64,000 nt of DNA from Faecousia sp. (GCA_045646665.1 JAZRLE010000064.1:14-64013); one strand, 5' to 3'. Positions 10,605-22,161 are shown, numbered from the stretch's first letter. Notes: generated by a model not told the origin, from the sequence alone. Numbers and translations: made by a program.

Positions 10605-11813
10605 TTATTGGATACCCATAACTTCTTTGCGGTAGCGGGCAATACCAAGACCCAAAAGCTCTAATGCGCGTTTAAGCGCTTTCTGCTCCAAAACATAAGC
10701 AATCCGAATCTCGTTAACTCCGCTGCCGGGTGTTGCATAGAAGGATGCACCCGGCGCGAACATAACGGTTTCATTACGGTCATCAAATTCTGTAAGCAAC
10801 CATTGCTGGAACTTATCGGTATCATCAACCGGTAGCTTCGCCATTACATAAAATGCACCCATAGGTACTTCCACCAGAACACCGGGAATCTTGCGAAGAC
10901 CGGCGATAGCCACATCTCGGCGGAGTCTGTACTCACAAATGGATGACTCCATATAGCTTGCATCCACACTGTACAGAGCAGCGGAACCGATCTGATCCAA
11001 GGTGGCAACCGAAAGTCTGGATTGACACAATTTCATCAGCGCACCCTGCAGCTGCTTATTCTTTGTGATTACGCAACCGATACGGGCACCGCAGGAAGAA
11101 AAGCGCTTGGAAACAGAATCGATCAAAACAAGATTTTCACCGATGTCTGCACAGCGACCCATACAAGGAATCTTGCCGCTATCATCATAGCAAAATTCAC
11201 GGTAGACCTCATCGCAGACGACAAACAGATCATTCTCTTTTGCTACATCGGCAATCATCCGCATTTCCGCCTCATTCAGCACGACACCAGTCGGATTGCC
11301 GGGGTTGGTTACCATAATGGCGCGGGTATTTTTGTGAATCAGTTTCTCAATTCTTTCTCGGTCTGCATAACGATACCCTTCCTCAGGAGTGGTGGGTAAC
11401 GGACAGATTACACCCCCTGCGGCATTCACAAAAGTTGCATAATTGGGATAAAATGGTTCCGGAACGATGATCTCAGAACCGGCATCCAAAATACTCAAAC
11501 AGGTATACAACAACGCTTCACTGCCACCTGTAGTAATGAAAATATCATCGGTTTCCAGAAAAACACCCAACTCAGCATAATATTTCTGAATTGCCTCAAT
11601 CAAAACAGGCAGCCCGGGAGAAGGTGCATAAGCCAGTGTTTGCTGACTAAAATTAGCAGTAGCTTCAAAAAATTCCCGTGGAGTGGGGATATCCGGCTGT
11701 CCGATATTCAGATGATAAATTCTCTTACCGTCACTTTTTGCTTTCACCGCTAACGGATGAAATTTTCGCATAGGTGACAGACTGCAGCGATTTATATTTT
11801 CTGATATTTTCAT
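10605..11813 (-). CDS. PLP-dependent aminotransferase class I/II
   Basis: NIGQPD, NPGNPTG, DEVY, SVSKRF..GARIG. Confidence 0.92.
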   Translation of the reverse strand: MKISENINRCSLSPMRKFHPLAVKAKSDGKRIYHLNIGQPDIPTPREFFEATANFSQQTLAYAPSPGLPVLIEAIQKYYAELGVFLETDDIFITTGGSEALLYTCLSILDAGSEIIVPEPFYPNYATFVNAAGGVICPLPTTPEEGYRYADRERIEKLIHKNTRAIMVTNPGNPTGVVLNEAEMRMIADVAKENDLFVVCDEVYREFCYDDSGKIPCMGRCADIGENLVLIDSVSKRFSSCGARIGCVITKNKQLQGALMKLCQSRLSVATLDQIGSAALYSVDASYMESSICEYRLRRDVAIAGLRKIPGVLVEVPMGAFYVMAKLPVDDTDKFQQWLLTEFDDRNETVMFAPGASFYATPGSGVNEIRIAYVLEQKALKRALELLGLGIARYRKEVMGIQ

Positions 11814-13197
11814 TTGTACCTCCATTGGCAGTTTTCATACCTAGATTATTTTTATATTCCTTCACAAGTCGAATTAACTCCGGACTAATTTGTGTTAGTA
11901 TTATCAAATTGGGAATTGCCATCAATCCGTTGGCGGTTTCGGAAATTGCCCAAACTGTTCCGGTGCTTAAAACGGAACCGACAATGATCGACAGCATCTG
12001 AAAAACAGCAAAACACTTCCACATCCGACCGCCGAAAAGATATTCCGCGCAACGAACTCCGTAAAGCCCCCAACCAATGACCGTCGCAAAAGCAAAGCAA
12101 AAAAGTGTGATCGCGATGGGTATATTCACCCAATTCCCGTATACGCAAGAAAAGGCATCTGTTGTAATGCGGATCCCAAGATCCTGTCCAAAAGGAATCG
12201 GTATGCCGCTGCACAGGATCACAAGTGCGGTCAATGTGCAAATAACGATGGTATCCACAAACACCTCAACAATACCCATAAACCCCTGCTGAACCGGGTG
12301 GTCCACCTGCGCAGCCCCATGGGCCATAGCTGCGGTTCCCATACCTGCTTCATTGGTAAAAACACCTCTGGATGCACCAATACGAAGGGCACGAAAGGCA
12401 GAGCCTAATATGCCGCCGGTGACAGCTGAGGGAGAAAAGGCGCCTCTAAAAATTGCGGAAAATGCATTGGGTATATCCGATGCTTTCAAAAACAAAACAC
12501 CAATACACAGAACAATATAGAACACAGAAGCAAAAGGTATCAGAAATTCAGCCGCCGCACCGATGCGTTTCGCGCCACCCAGCAGCACAAGAGCCGACAA
12601 AGCAGCAAGTCCAACACCAATCATCACATCTACGATCTTCGATTGCTGACCGCCCAGGGCCTGCACAGCGCTGTTGACACCACCAATCACCGTATTGATC
12701 TGTGTTGCAGAACCCACACCGAATGCAGCAACAACACCGAAAAAACAGTAGATATATGCAAGGGGTCTCCATTTTTGTTCCATCCCAAGCTGCACCATAT
12801 ACATAGGACCTGCCATATACCCGCCATTGCCGTCAGATACACGATATCGAACTGCCAGTGTTGCCTCAGCAAACTTGGTTACCATTCCCAGCAGCGCGCA
12901 GATCCACATCCAAAAAATTGCTCCCGGTCCGCCTATGGCAATAGCGCCGGCTACACCGGCAAGATTGCCAGTACCTACGGTTGCAGCCAATGCGGTACAA
13001 AGCGCTCTGTACGGAGATATTCCTGTTTTTTTCTTATCTTTACTATCAGGTGAAAAAAATGCGCGTATTGCAGTCGGGAAAAAGCGAAATTGCGCCCAAC
13101 CGGTACGAACACTCAATATAATTCCAACGGACAGAATCAGAATCAACGCCGGGACACCCCAAACAAAACCGTTGATAGCATTGATGATTGCAGCCAT
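11731..13197 (-). CDS. Alanine/glycine:cation symporter (AGCS family)
   Basis: ATVGTGNLAGVA, GGPGAIFWMW, RGVFTNEAGMG; multiple TM segments; RBS AAGGAGG before 13197. Confidence 0.92.
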   Translation of the reverse strand: MAAIINAINGFVWGVPALILILSVGIILSVRTGWAQFRFFPTAIRAFFSPDSKDKKKTGISPYRALCTALAATVGTGNLAGVAGAIAIGGPGAIFWMWICALLGMVTKFAEATLAVRYRVSDGNGGYMAGPMYMVQLGMEQKWRPLAYIYCFFGVVAAFGVGSATQINTVIGGVNSAVQALGGQQSKIVDVMIGVGLAALSALVLLGGAKRIGAAAEFLIPFASVFYIVLCIGVLFLKASDIPNAFSAIFRGAFSPSAVTGGILGSAFRALRIGASRGVFTNEAGMGTAAMAHGAAQVDHPVQQGFMGIVEVFVDTIVICTLTALVILCSGIPIPFGQDLGIRITTDAFSCVYGNWVNIPIAITLFCFAFATVIGWGLYGVRCAEYLFGGRMWKCFAVFQMLSIIVGSVLSTGTVWAISETANGLMAIPNLIILTQISPELIRLVKEYKNNLGMKTANGGTNENIRKYKSLQSVTYAKISSVSGESKK

Positions 13198-13293
13198 GCT
13201 TGCCTCCTTATGATAGCACAAATACAACGATGTTGCAACAAAAAAAACGAAAGCAGTTCCCGTTTCAGAAACTGCTTTCGTAATAAACATATT

Positions 13294-13635
13294 TTATTCC
13301 CAGGTCTGCCAAATCTCCGGACAATAACCAACTGTTACCTGCTTACCGTTGCGCACAATTGGTGTACGCATCAATGACGGGTCATCAAAAACCTTGTCCT
13401 CCTTGGCAACGGGATCATCCATATATCTCATCAATGTGATTTCCGGACTTTTTCCTTCCCAATCAATGAGGTTATCTATGCCCCCAACACCCCGCAATAC
13501 CGCATCAAATTCCTTACCGGACAAACCATACCGCAGTAGGTCAACCATCTGGTATTTGATCCGCCGTTCTTTGAAGTATCGCTCTGCTTTTTTTGTGTCA
13601 AAGCATTTGCTTTTTCCGAATATCTGTATATTCAA
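13294..13635 (-). CDS. ArsC/Spx-family protein
   Basis: IQIFGKSKCFDTKKAERYFKE, LMRTPIVR; probable TTG start. Confidence 0.85.
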   Translation of the reverse strand: MNIQIFGKSKCFDTKKAERYFKERRIKYQMVDLLRYGLSGKEFDAVLRGVGGIDNLIDWEGKSPEITLMRYMDDPVAKEDKVFDDPSLMRTPIVRNGKQVTVGYCPEIWQTWE

Positions 13636-14366
13636 TAGGTTACCTCCATCAAGCACAAACCACAAGCCGGCACCAAAGCACCCGCATCCTCACGCTTCGC
13701 TGCGAAAAGCTCCGGGATACTTTCGGGTTTGCGTTCTCCCCTGCCAACCTCCAAAAGTGTGCCAACCATAATACGAACCATATGGTGCAAGAATCCATTT
13801 CCTGTGACAGTAAAGACTACCTCGTTTTCTTTTCGTTTGATATTAAGACTGTGGATATACCGCACAGTGGACTTTTTCATATTCTTATTGGCGCAAAAAG
13901 CTCCGAAATCGTGCTCTCCAAGAAAATAGTCTGCCGCTTTCACCATAGCATTTATATCCAATCTACCAGAATCGATGTGGACAAATTTTCTGTCAAACAC
14001 GCAAGGTGCATCGCTATTCCACACACGGTACGCATAGGTTTTTGTTTTGGCATTCAGCCGTGCATGAAACCGTTCAGACACGTTCTTACAAGAATATATG
14101 CCGATGTCTTCCGGTAAATAACGACGAAGTTGCAAAAGTATCTCATCACAGGGCATCGTGCTTTGACAGTGAAAACTCACAACCTGCATTTTGGCGTGAG
14201 TACCAGCATCGGTTCGTCCGCTGGCAGACACCGTAATGGATTCATTCAGAATTCTGCTCAATGTCTGCTCCAGTTTTGCCTGTAAAGTGTTCTCTGTTTG
14301 AGATAACCGCTGCCAACCACGGTAGCGTGTTCCCTCATAACAAATATCAAGCCGCAGATTCCGCAT
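13632..14366 (-). CDS. truA: tRNA pseudouridine(38-40) synthase
   Basis: YEGT..GWQ, SGRTDAGTHA, FHAR, GFLHHMVR. Confidence 0.95.
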   Translation of the reverse strand: MRNLRLDICYEGTRYRGWQRLSQTENTLQAKLEQTLSRILNESITVSASGRTDAGTHAKMQVVSFHCQSTMPCDEILLQLRRYLPEDIGIYSCKNVSERFHARLNAKTKTYAYRVWNSDAPCVFDRKFVHIDSGRLDINAMVKAADYFLGEHDFGAFCANKNMKKSTVRYIHSLNIKRKENEVVFTVTGNGFLHHMVRIMVGTLLEVGRGERKPESIPELFAAKREDAGALVPACGLCLMEVTY

Positions 14367-14475
14367 AAGTCTTTATTTCCTCTCTTGCCTCCCGCTCCGT
14401 ATCTGCCGAGAACAGGAAATTTCCTTGATAATCATACACTTGAACATGACCGCTGACATATCGAATGGAATACAT
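14347..14475 (-). CDS. Small 42-aa hypothetical protein (below ORF-track cutoff)
   Basis: GGAGG RBS then MYSIRYVSGHVQVYDYQGNFLFSADTEREAREEIKTYAESAA; stop overlaps truA start. Confidence 0.6.
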   Translation of the reverse strand: MYSIRYVSGHVQVYDYQGNFLFSADTEREAREEIKTYAESAA

Positions 14476-14538
14476 TTGCCATACCTCCTTGGTCTTTATG
14501 ACATCAGTATACCAACCATATTGTACAATAAAGCGGAC

Positions 14539-17004
14539 TTATTCAACCACCTCGTAGCCAGCTTCTGTAATGCTTTTTTTCAGAATTACAATGTCGGCAT
14601 TTCCCGTCACTGTTACAGTCTTAGCCTGCAAGTCAACAACGGCATCCTGCACACCTGCTGTCTCCTTGCAGACAGCTTCCACTCTGGCTTTACAATGAGG
14701 ACACATCATACCCTCTACTTTGATAACTGTTTCCATAATCATGATCTCCTTAGTATTTTCATCGTGTTGTATTGCACTGTCACGGGGTTTGAAAAACCGT
14801 AGGCGCAGAGCATTACTCACCACAAACAGGGAACTCATACTCATAGCAGTCGCTCCCAGCATAGGACTCAAGCGGATACCAAATGCCGGATATAAAACAC
14901 CTGCGGCAACCGGAATAAACAGGCAGTTATAGAAAAATGCCCAAAACAAATTCTGTTTAATGTTGCGGATCGTAGCCTTACTCAGGGAAATACTACGAGA
15001 AATGCCCAAAAGCGAATTGTTCATCAGCACCACATCTGCCGAATCCACTGCAACATCCGCACCATTACCGATGGCCATACCCACATCCGCTGTTGCCAAA
15101 GCAGGTGCATCGTTGATTCCATCGCCTACCATAAGCACATTTTTACCTTGCTTCTTGAAGTTTGCTACAACCTCAGCTTTATCTACAGGTAAAACCTCAG
15201 AGATGACATTCCGGATCCCTGCGCTCTCAGCAATCGCCTGGGCAGTCTGCTTATTGTCTCCTGTCAGCATAAACACTTCCAGCTGCAGTTGCTTCAGTGC
15301 ATCAATTGCCTGATCAGTATCATCTTTGAGCACATCAGCTGCAACAATAGTGCCAAGATAGGCAGATTCAGAAGCAAAATACAGTGGTGTTTTCCCGGCA
15401 GCTGTCATATCGGAATGATCGGGAACATTGATTTTCAACTCCGCCATCAGGCGGGCATTTCCGCCATATATCTGCTCCCCATTTATTATACCGGAAACAC
15501 CTTTGCCGGGCAAAACCCGAAAGTCATCCACTTGCAGCGGTGTAAAACTACCGATTCTTTCCAAAATAGCCATTGCATAGGGATGCTCGGAGGGTTTTTC
15601 CAGTGATGCAGCAAGTAGCAAAAGCGCATTTACATCTATACTTCCGGGTAAAATATCCGTAACAACAGGCACACCTTTTGTAAGCGTACCGGTTTTATCC
15701 AACACAACCGTATCCACCTTATGCAGATTCTCAAGCACTTCCGCATTTTTGAAAAGAACTCCCATACCGGCACCTCTGCCGGTGCCAACCATAATTGCAA
15801 CCGGTGTGGCAAGTCCCAACGCGCAGGGACAAGAGATCACCAACACTGAAATAGCAGTATTCAGTGCAAACTCCAGTGTTTCCCCCGCCAAAAGCCAAGC
15901 AAGCAATGTAATTGTCGCAATCGCCATCACCACAGGCACAAAAAAACCAGCAATTTTGTCTGCAAGTCGGGCAATAGGCGCTTTAGATCCACCTGCCTGC
16001 TCCACCATACGGATGATCTGAGACAGCGTGGTATCCTCTCCAATCCGATCTGTATGAATCTCGAGATACCCCTCCCGATTCATAGTTGCAGCAGACACAA
16101 ATGCACCTTGCGCTTTTTCCACCGGAACACTTTCACCTGTCAGCATGCTTTCATCCACAGCCGCTCTGCCGGATATCACCGTACCATCCACAGGAATGAC
16201 ACCACCGGAACGAACAAGAACAACATCCCCAACAATGACCTGCTCTACAGGAATGATCATTTCTGATCCCTTGCGCAGAACTGTCGCTGTCTTAGGACTT
16301 AAATCCATAAGAGCGGCAATAGCATCGCCGGTTTTTCTCTTTGCGCGGTTTTCAAGGAACTTACCGACAGTAATAAGTGTTAAAATCATTGCCGCAGACT
16401 CAAAATAGAGGTTTTCACTGTATCGTGTAACAATATCCCACCGTCCGTGTCCCATTCCGTAAGCCATACAGAACAATGCAGTGATACCGTAAAGTAAAGC
16501 TGCGCCGGAACCTACGGCAATCAAAGAATCCATAATGGGTGCACGATGGTAAAGAGCCTGGAAGCCTTTGATATAATATCCCCTGTTCAGATACACCACA
16601 GGCAATGTCAAAAACAGTTGTACCAGTGCTGCAACGATTACATTCTCCGGGCCGTGATACCAACCGGGTACCGGCAAACCGATCATGTGACCCATAGTAA
16701 AATACATCAGCACCAACAGAAATGCTGCCGAGCCAATCAACCGTAATTTCATTTGATTCGGTGCATATTCTTTTTTAGATACAACCTTTTCTTTAGTTCC
16801 TGCAATCTCAGCACCATAACCGGCACGCTCCACAGCCGCAATCACTGCAGTTGCAACCGTCTCACCGTCTGCTTGTACAGTTAATTTACCGGCAAGCAAA
16901 TTTACCTCAGTTTTTTTAACACCATCTACTTTTTCGGTAACCTTCTCCACCCTGGCTGAACAGGCTGCGCAGGTCATACCGGATATATTGAATTTCAGCT
17001 CCAT
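14539..17004 (-). CDS. copA: Cu(I)-translocating P1B-type ATPase
   Basis: GMTCAAC HMA, TGES, CPC, DKTGT, GDGIND, YN motif; C-terminal CPHC HMA domain. Confidence 0.93.
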   Translation of the reverse strand: MELKFNISGMTCAACSARVEKVTEKVDGVKKTEVNLLAGKLTVQADGETVATAVIAAVERAGYGAEIAGTKEKVVSKKEYAPNQMKLRLIGSAAFLLVLMYFTMGHMIGLPVPGWYHGPENVIVAALVQLFLTLPVVYLNRGYYIKGFQALYHRAPIMDSLIAVGSGAALLYGITALFCMAYGMGHGRWDIVTRYSENLYFESAAMILTLITVGKFLENRAKRKTGDAIAALMDLSPKTATVLRKGSEMIIPVEQVIVGDVVLVRSGGVIPVDGTVISGRAAVDESMLTGESVPVEKAQGAFVSAATMNREGYLEIHTDRIGEDTTLSQIIRMVEQAGGSKAPIARLADKIAGFFVPVVMAIATITLLAWLLAGETLEFALNTAISVLVISCPCALGLATPVAIMVGTGRGAGMGVLFKNAEVLENLHKVDTVVLDKTGTLTKGVPVVTDILPGSIDVNALLLLAASLEKPSEHPYAMAILERIGSFTPLQVDDFRVLPGKGVSGIINGEQIYGGNARLMAELKINVPDHSDMTAAGKTPLYFASESAYLGTIVAADVLKDDTDQAIDALKQLQLEVFMLTGDNKQTAQAIAESAGIRNVISEVLPVDKAEVVANFKKQGKNVLMVGDGINDAPALATADVGMAIGNGADVAVDSADVVLMNNSLLGISRSISLSKATIRNIKQNLFWAFFYNCLFIPVAAGVLYPAFGIRLSPMLGATAMSMSSLFVVSNALRLRFFKPRDSAIQHDENTKEIMIMETVIKVEGMMCPHCKARVEAVCKETAGVQDAVVDLQAKTVTVTGNADIVILKKSITEAGYEVVE

Positions 17005-17133
17005 ACGCACAACCTCATGAATTGACATTTTTCACAATTTATGATAGTATTATAACAAATTCAATAGAAATTACAAGGCTGTTTTACGATAGATATCCCC
17101 TGTTAACCCAAAACAAATTTTAGGAGAAATAAT

Positions 17134-17976
17134 ATGAACATTAAGATCACTTCTGACAGTACCTGTGACCTTTCCGCGGAATTGGTGCAAAAAAATGATA
17201 TTGGCATTTTCCCCTTAACCGTTATCAAGAATAATGAAGCCTTTTGGGATGGTGTCACCATTAAAACCGATGAGATTTTTGCCCATGTTGCCGCCGGTGG
17301 CGATCTGTGTTCTACCACTGCAGGAAGCGTTGGCGAATATCAGGAGCTTTTTGAAAAGTATGCCGGCAATTATGATGCTGTTTTGCACATCAACCTCAGT
17401 TCCGAACTTTCCTCCAGTTATCAGAACGCCTGCCTTGCTGCCTCTGAATTTGACAATGTGGTAGTTGTGGACTCCCGTAATCTGTCGACCGGTCAAGGTC
17501 TTGTGGTGTTAAAGGCTTGCGAATTAGCCAAAACCGCAGCAACAGTGGAGGACCTGAAGAACTCTTTGGACGAATTCACATCAAAAGTGGAGGCAAGTTT
17601 CCTTTTGGATCAGCTTGGCTATATGGTCAAAGGCGGTCGCTGCTCCGCTGTCGCCGCTCTGGGCGCAAATCTGCTGGGTCTGAAACCCTGTATCGAGGTC
17701 AAAGACGGCAAAATGGGTGTTGTTAAGAAATATCGTGGCAGTTACGCCAAGTGCCTTACTTCCTATGTAAAGGACCGTCTTGCCGGTCGTGATGATTTGG
17801 ACAGAACCCATTTATTCATCACCCGGACACCTGTTTCCGACGATTGTTTGGCTGCTGTACAATCTGCTATTGATGAACACGCGGACTTTGAAAACATTTA
17901 CTGGACCATGGCCGGTTGCACCATCTCCTGCCATTGCGGTCCCGGCACATTGGGTGTTCTCTTTGTAAAGAAATAA
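17134..17976 (+). CDS. DegV family fatty-acid-binding protein
   Basis: ITSDSTCDL, LSSELSSSY, KGGR, CHCGPG. Confidence 0.92.
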   Translation: MNIKITSDSTCDLSAELVQKNDIGIFPLTVIKNNEAFWDGVTIKTDEIFAHVAAGGDLCSTTAGSVGEYQELFEKYAGNYDAVLHINLSSELSSSYQNACLAASEFDNVVVVDSRNLSTGQGLVVLKACELAKTAATVEDLKNSLDEFTSKVEASFLLDQLGYMVKGGRCSAVAALGANLLGLKPCIEVKDGKMGVVKKYRGSYAKCLTSYVKDRLAGRDDLDRTHLFITRTPVSDDCLAAVQSAIDEHADFENIYWTMAGCTISCHCGPGTLGVLFVKK

Positions 17977-18076
17977 TTACGAAACCGCCGGAAATCATTT
18001 CCGGCGGTTTTAAGCTTGTATTTTCACAGTAATATGATATACTGATTTCGCACAATCTGAGAAAGGGGCCAAAATT

Positions 18077-19303
18077 ATGGACTATGATGCTTTAATGGAT
18101 CTGGTTACAGAATTGGGTCATAATCTGGCAATGTCCGGCGCAGAGACTTTTCGTGTGGAAGACAGTATCAACCGCATTCTTGCAGCATATGGCGCTCAAT
18201 CTGAGGCATTTGTAATTACCAACTGCATGACCATCAGTATGCGGGCACCGGACGGAAAGCTTTATAATCGTATGCGCAGAATCGGCTTCCACGGTAACGA
18301 TTTGGACTCCGTTGAGAAATACAACTCCCTCAGCAGACGGATCTGCGCAGAAAAGCCATCGTTGGAATTGGCATCCCAGTGGTTGGCAGAAACCAATGCC
18401 TCTCGGTTGCAATACAAACTGCCACTGTTCCTATTGGGAGGTATTTTAGGTGCTGCCGGTTTTGCGGTATTCTTCGGCGGTTCTGTAATGGATGCATTGT
18501 GCGCAGCTATTTGTGGTATTTTTCTTGGACTTACGGATCGTTTTCTTGATAAATTCAAAACCAATCCGTTTTTCAAAACCATCATTTGCTCTTTCATTAT
18601 GACCATCACCGCATACATAACAGGTGTATTGGGATTAGCCGGCAACACAGATGCTGTGATTATCGGCGCGCTGATGTATCTCGTTCCGGGTCTGCTGTTT
18701 ACCAATGCGATGCGCGATATCATCTTCGGCGACACCAATTCGGGCATCAACCGAATCGTTCAGGTACTACTGATTGCCGCAGCTATCGTGTTGGGTACGG
18801 GCGCTGCCTGGAATCTATCCAACAGTTTGTGGGGAGTTTCTGTGAATGCACCGGCGCTGGAGCACAGTGCTCTTATACAGATGCTTGCTGCTACCGTCGG
18901 TTGTATCGGCTTCTTCATTGTATTTAACATTCACGGGCCCGGCGGATTTCTGTGCGCATTAGGCGGTATGGTCACTTGGGGATTCTATTGTCTGACTGCA
19001 CATTTTGGCGGAAGTGAGCTAACCTGCTACTTCGTTGCCGCTTTGGTGGCCGCTATCTATTCCGAAACAATGGCAAGAATTCGGAAATACCCCACCATCT
19101 CCTATCTTGTTGTGTCCATATTCCCCCTAATTCCGGGTGCCAGTATTTATTACACCGCCAACCAATTTGTTATTGGAAACATGACGGGTTTTGCCGCACA
19201 AGGCAAACACACCATTGCCATTGCCGGTGTCATTGCTGTTGGCATCTTGCTGATCTCTACCATCGTGAGACTTATCAATGAGCACAAAACAAACAAGCAA
19301 TAA
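18077..19303 (+). CDS. ThrE-family threonine/serine exporter (fused)
   Basis: SGAETFRVED, LVPG motifs, about 10 TM segments. Confidence 0.88.
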   Translation: MDYDALMDLVTELGHNLAMSGAETFRVEDSINRILAAYGAQSEAFVITNCMTISMRAPDGKLYNRMRRIGFHGNDLDSVEKYNSLSRRICAEKPSLELASQWLAETNASRLQYKLPLFLLGGILGAAGFAVFFGGSVMDALCAAICGIFLGLTDRFLDKFKTNPFFKTIICSFIMTITAYITGVLGLAGNTDAVIIGALMYLVPGLLFTNAMRDIIFGDTNSGINRIVQVLLIAAAIVLGTGAAWNLSNSLWGVSVNAPALEHSALIQMLAATVGCIGFFIVFNIHGPGGFLCALGGMVTWGFYCLTAHFGGSELTCYFVAALVAAIYSETMARIRKYPTISYLVVSIFPLIPGASIYYTANQFVIGNMTGFAAQGKHTIAIAGVIAVGILLISTIVRLINEHKTNKQ

Positions 19304-19340
19304 AAAAGAGCTTCGGATTCTTCCGAAGCTCTTTTCATTC

Positions 19341-19736
19341 TCAATCTTCTTTGTTCTTTGCAGCTTTTTTAACTGCCTTATCCTTTGCCTTCTGCTCTTG
19401 CTTTTTCTTAGCCTCTTCCTTGGCTCTTTCAGCGCTGGTCTCATTGGTAGACAGTGCCCACTTGGCAAGCTCCATACGAACCTGATCGGCGCTGGTCTCG
19501 ATAACAAAGCTCTCGCTCTTAACATCCACAACAGTGCCCATAATGCCACCAATTGTGGTGATCTTGTCGCCGTTCTTCATAGCAGAACGCATCTGCTCTG
19601 CTTCCTTTTTGCGCTTGTTCTCCGGACGGATCAGCATGAAATACATCACGCCCAGCATAATCAGCAGCATGGGCAGCATACCCAAAAGACCGCCACCCTG
19701 TGCGCCATTTGCAGCATCAGTTAAAAAATGTAACAT
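19341..19736 (-). CDS. yajC: Preprotein translocase subunit YajC
   Basis: YFMLIRP..KR, GDKITTIGGI.GTV; follows tgt. Confidence 0.93.
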   Translation of the reverse strand: MLHFLTDAANGAQGGGLLGMLPMLLIMLGVMYFMLIRPENKRKKEAEQMRSAMKNGDKITTIGGIMGTVVDVKSESFVIETSADQVRMELAKWALSTNETSAERAKEEAKKKQEQKAKDKAVKKAAKNKED

Positions 19737-19805
19737 GGGATAAACTCCTTTTTAATTTATTATCTAGGTTATTATAGCATTATTGCCATAAATTGCAAGG
19801 TTAAT

Positions 19806-20936
19806 TTAGATCCTTCGGCTTAATTTTTCAGAATGTTCACATCTGAATTGCTCAAAAGTGCCCTCATCCAGCGCATTGCGGATCTTTTCCATCAATTTAT
19901 TGTAGAAATACAGGTTATGCATCACGCAAAGGCGCATAGCAAGCATCTCCTCAGCAACAAACAAATGGCGAATATATGCCTTGGAATAACGACGGCAAAC
20001 CGGACAATCACATTCCGGATCAATGGGTGACAAGTCCTTCGCATACTTGGCATTTTTCAAATTGATAGCGCCCTGCCATGTAAACAAACGAGCATGGCGG
20101 GCATTTCTTGCAGGCATAACGCAGTCAAAGAAGTCAACGCCTCTTGCAACCGCTTCAATGATGTTGGTCGGTGTACCCACTCCCATCAGATACCGGGTCT
20201 TGTCCGCAGGCATATAGGGTTCTACAGCATCAATAATATCATACATTTCCTCTGCCGTCTCGCCTACCGCCAGACCGCCGATGGCATATCCGGGCAGGTC
20301 CAGATCAGCAATCCGCTTCATATGATCCACGCGGATATCGGCATAGGTACCACCCTGGTTAATACCCCAAAGCATTTGCTCTTTATTCACCGTATCCGGC
20401 AGACTGTTTAAACGAGCATTTTCCTTTTTGCACCGCTCCAACCAGCGGTAGGTGCGGTCAACACTTTGTTTCACATATTCCCGGGGTGCAGGGTTTTCAA
20501 TGCATTCATCAAAGGCCATACAGATATCAGAACCCAAATTGGATTGAATCTGCATACTCTCCTCCGGACCCATAAATATCTTGTGTCCGTCGATGTGGGA
20601 TGCAAATGTGACACCCTCCTCTTTGATCTTCCGCAAGGATGCCAAGCTAAACACCTGAAATCCGCCGGAATCTGTAAGAATCGGACCATCCCAAGTCATA
20701 AATTTATGCAGACCGCCGCACTGTCTCACCAGCTCATCACCGGGTCGCAGATGCAGATGATAGGTATTGCTCAACTCAACCTGGCAACCGATGTCCTTTA
20801 AGTCCTTCGCGCTGAGGGCACCTTTGATTGCACCCTGCGTGCCCACATTCATAAACACCGGTGTCTGCACGGTACCGTGGGCACAGGTAAACACACCACG
20901 GCGCGCCTTTCCTTCCGTTTTTAACAGTTCAAACAT
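19806..20936 (-). CDS. tgt: tRNA-guanine transglycosylase
   Basis: TPVFM.VGT, DSGGFQV, GGLAVGE, CDCPVC zinc site. Confidence 0.97.
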   Translation of the reverse strand: MFELLKTEGKARRGVFTCAHGTVQTPVFMNVGTQGAIKGALSAKDLKDIGCQVELSNTYHLHLRPGDELVRQCGGLHKFMTWDGPILTDSGGFQVFSLASLRKIKEEGVTFASHIDGHKIFMGPEESMQIQSNLGSDICMAFDECIENPAPREYVKQSVDRTYRWLERCKKENARLNSLPDTVNKEQMLWGINQGGTYADIRVDHMKRIADLDLPGYAIGGLAVGETAEEMYDIIDAVEPYMPADKTRYLMGVGTPTNIIEAVARGVDFFDCVMPARNARHARLFTWQGAINLKNAKYAKDLSPIDPECDCPVCRRYSKAYIRHLFVAEEMLAMRLCVMHNLYFYNKLMEKIRNALDEGTFEQFRCEHSEKLSRRI

Positions 20937-20945
20937 AATTATCTC

Positions 20946-21968
20946 CTATAGAATACACATCGCATCACCAAATGAGAAGAATCGGTAACGCTCCTGCACT
21001 GCCTGCTCATAGGCAGACAGAACATTTTCTCGTCCGGCAAAGGCAGAAACCAGCATAACAAGCGTACTTTCCGGCAGATGGAAATTGGTGATCAAGCCAT
21101 CCATCGCCTTAAATTGATAGCCGGGATAAATAAAAATCTCTGTCCATTTGGATTTTTCTGTGAAACTACCGTCATCATTGACTAAGGATTCCAAAGTTCT
21201 GCAGGATGTTGTTCCGACACAGATAATCCTGCCACCGTTTTTTCTTGTTTCATTCAGCACGTTTGCTGTTTCCGCAGTCATCATACACAACTCTGAATGC
21301 ATATGATGGTCAGCAATATCATCGGCTTTCACCGGGCGAAATGTACCAAGACCCACATGCAGAGTAACAAATGCAGTTTTAATTCCCTTCTGCCGAATCT
21401 TTTCCAGAAGTTCCTCGGTGAAATGCAGACCGGCGGTGGGCGCAGCTGCAGATCCGATTTCTCGGGAATATACCGTTTGATAACGCTCTTTATCCTGTAA
21501 TTCCGCCTTGATATAAGGTGGCAGCGGCATTTTACCCAGTTGCTCCAACACCTCAAGGAAAATACCGTCATAATGAAATTCCACCACTCGGTTTCCATCC
21601 GGTAGCACTTGCATAATAGTCGCAGACAGCTTTCCTTCACCGAAAACCACTCGCTGTCCCTCCAGCAGCTTTCTGCCGGGTTTTGCCAAGCACTCCCACT
21701 TCTTGTCCCCCAAATCTTTCAACAGCAGCAGCTCCACTGCGCCGCCTGTGGGACGGTTGCCCAGCAAGCGAGCCGGCAACACACGGGAGTCATTCATCAC
21801 AAGGCAATCGCCCGGATTCAGATATTCGACAATATCATAGAAATGCCGATGGCTTACTTCACCCGTCTGACGATTCAATGACAACAGACGGGAAGCATCC
21901 CGTTGCTCCAGTGGTGTTTGGGCAATCAGTTCTTCCGGAAGATCATACCAAAAATCGTGAGTCTTCAT
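20946..21968 (-). CDS. queA: S-adenosylmethionine:tRNA ribosyltransferase-isomerase
   Basis: [38 protein letters not shown]. Confidence 0.97.
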   Translation of the reverse strand: MKTHDFWYDLPEELIAQTPLEQRDASRLLSLNRQTGEVSHRHFYDIVEYLNPGDCLVMNDSRVLPARLLGNRPTGGAVELLLLKDLGDKKWECLAKPGRKLLEGQRVVFGEGKLSATIMQVLPDGNRVVEFHYDGIFLEVLEQLGKMPLPPYIKAELQDKERYQTVYSREIGSAAAPTAGLHFTEELLEKIRQKGIKTAFVTLHVGLGTFRPVKADDIADHHMHSELCMMTAETANVLNETRKNGGRIICVGTTSCRTLESLVNDDGSFTEKSKWTEIFIYPGYQFKAMDGLITNFHLPESTLVMLVSAFAGRENVLSAYEQAVQERYRFFSFGDAMCIL

Positions 21969-22161
21969 AGTAGTAATCCTTAGTTCTAAAATTTTTAAAA
22001 TTCAATCTCATTTCTCCGTTTTTATACGCAATCCTATTCGTTTCTACCTTTGCAAGTAAGTATGTAGTAGTTATATACGATAAAATTCAAGTCAAAATCA
22101 TCTAATCCTTTCCAGAATTGTACATGAAAAATAACTTGAGTTTATATATCTCTACGCTAAT

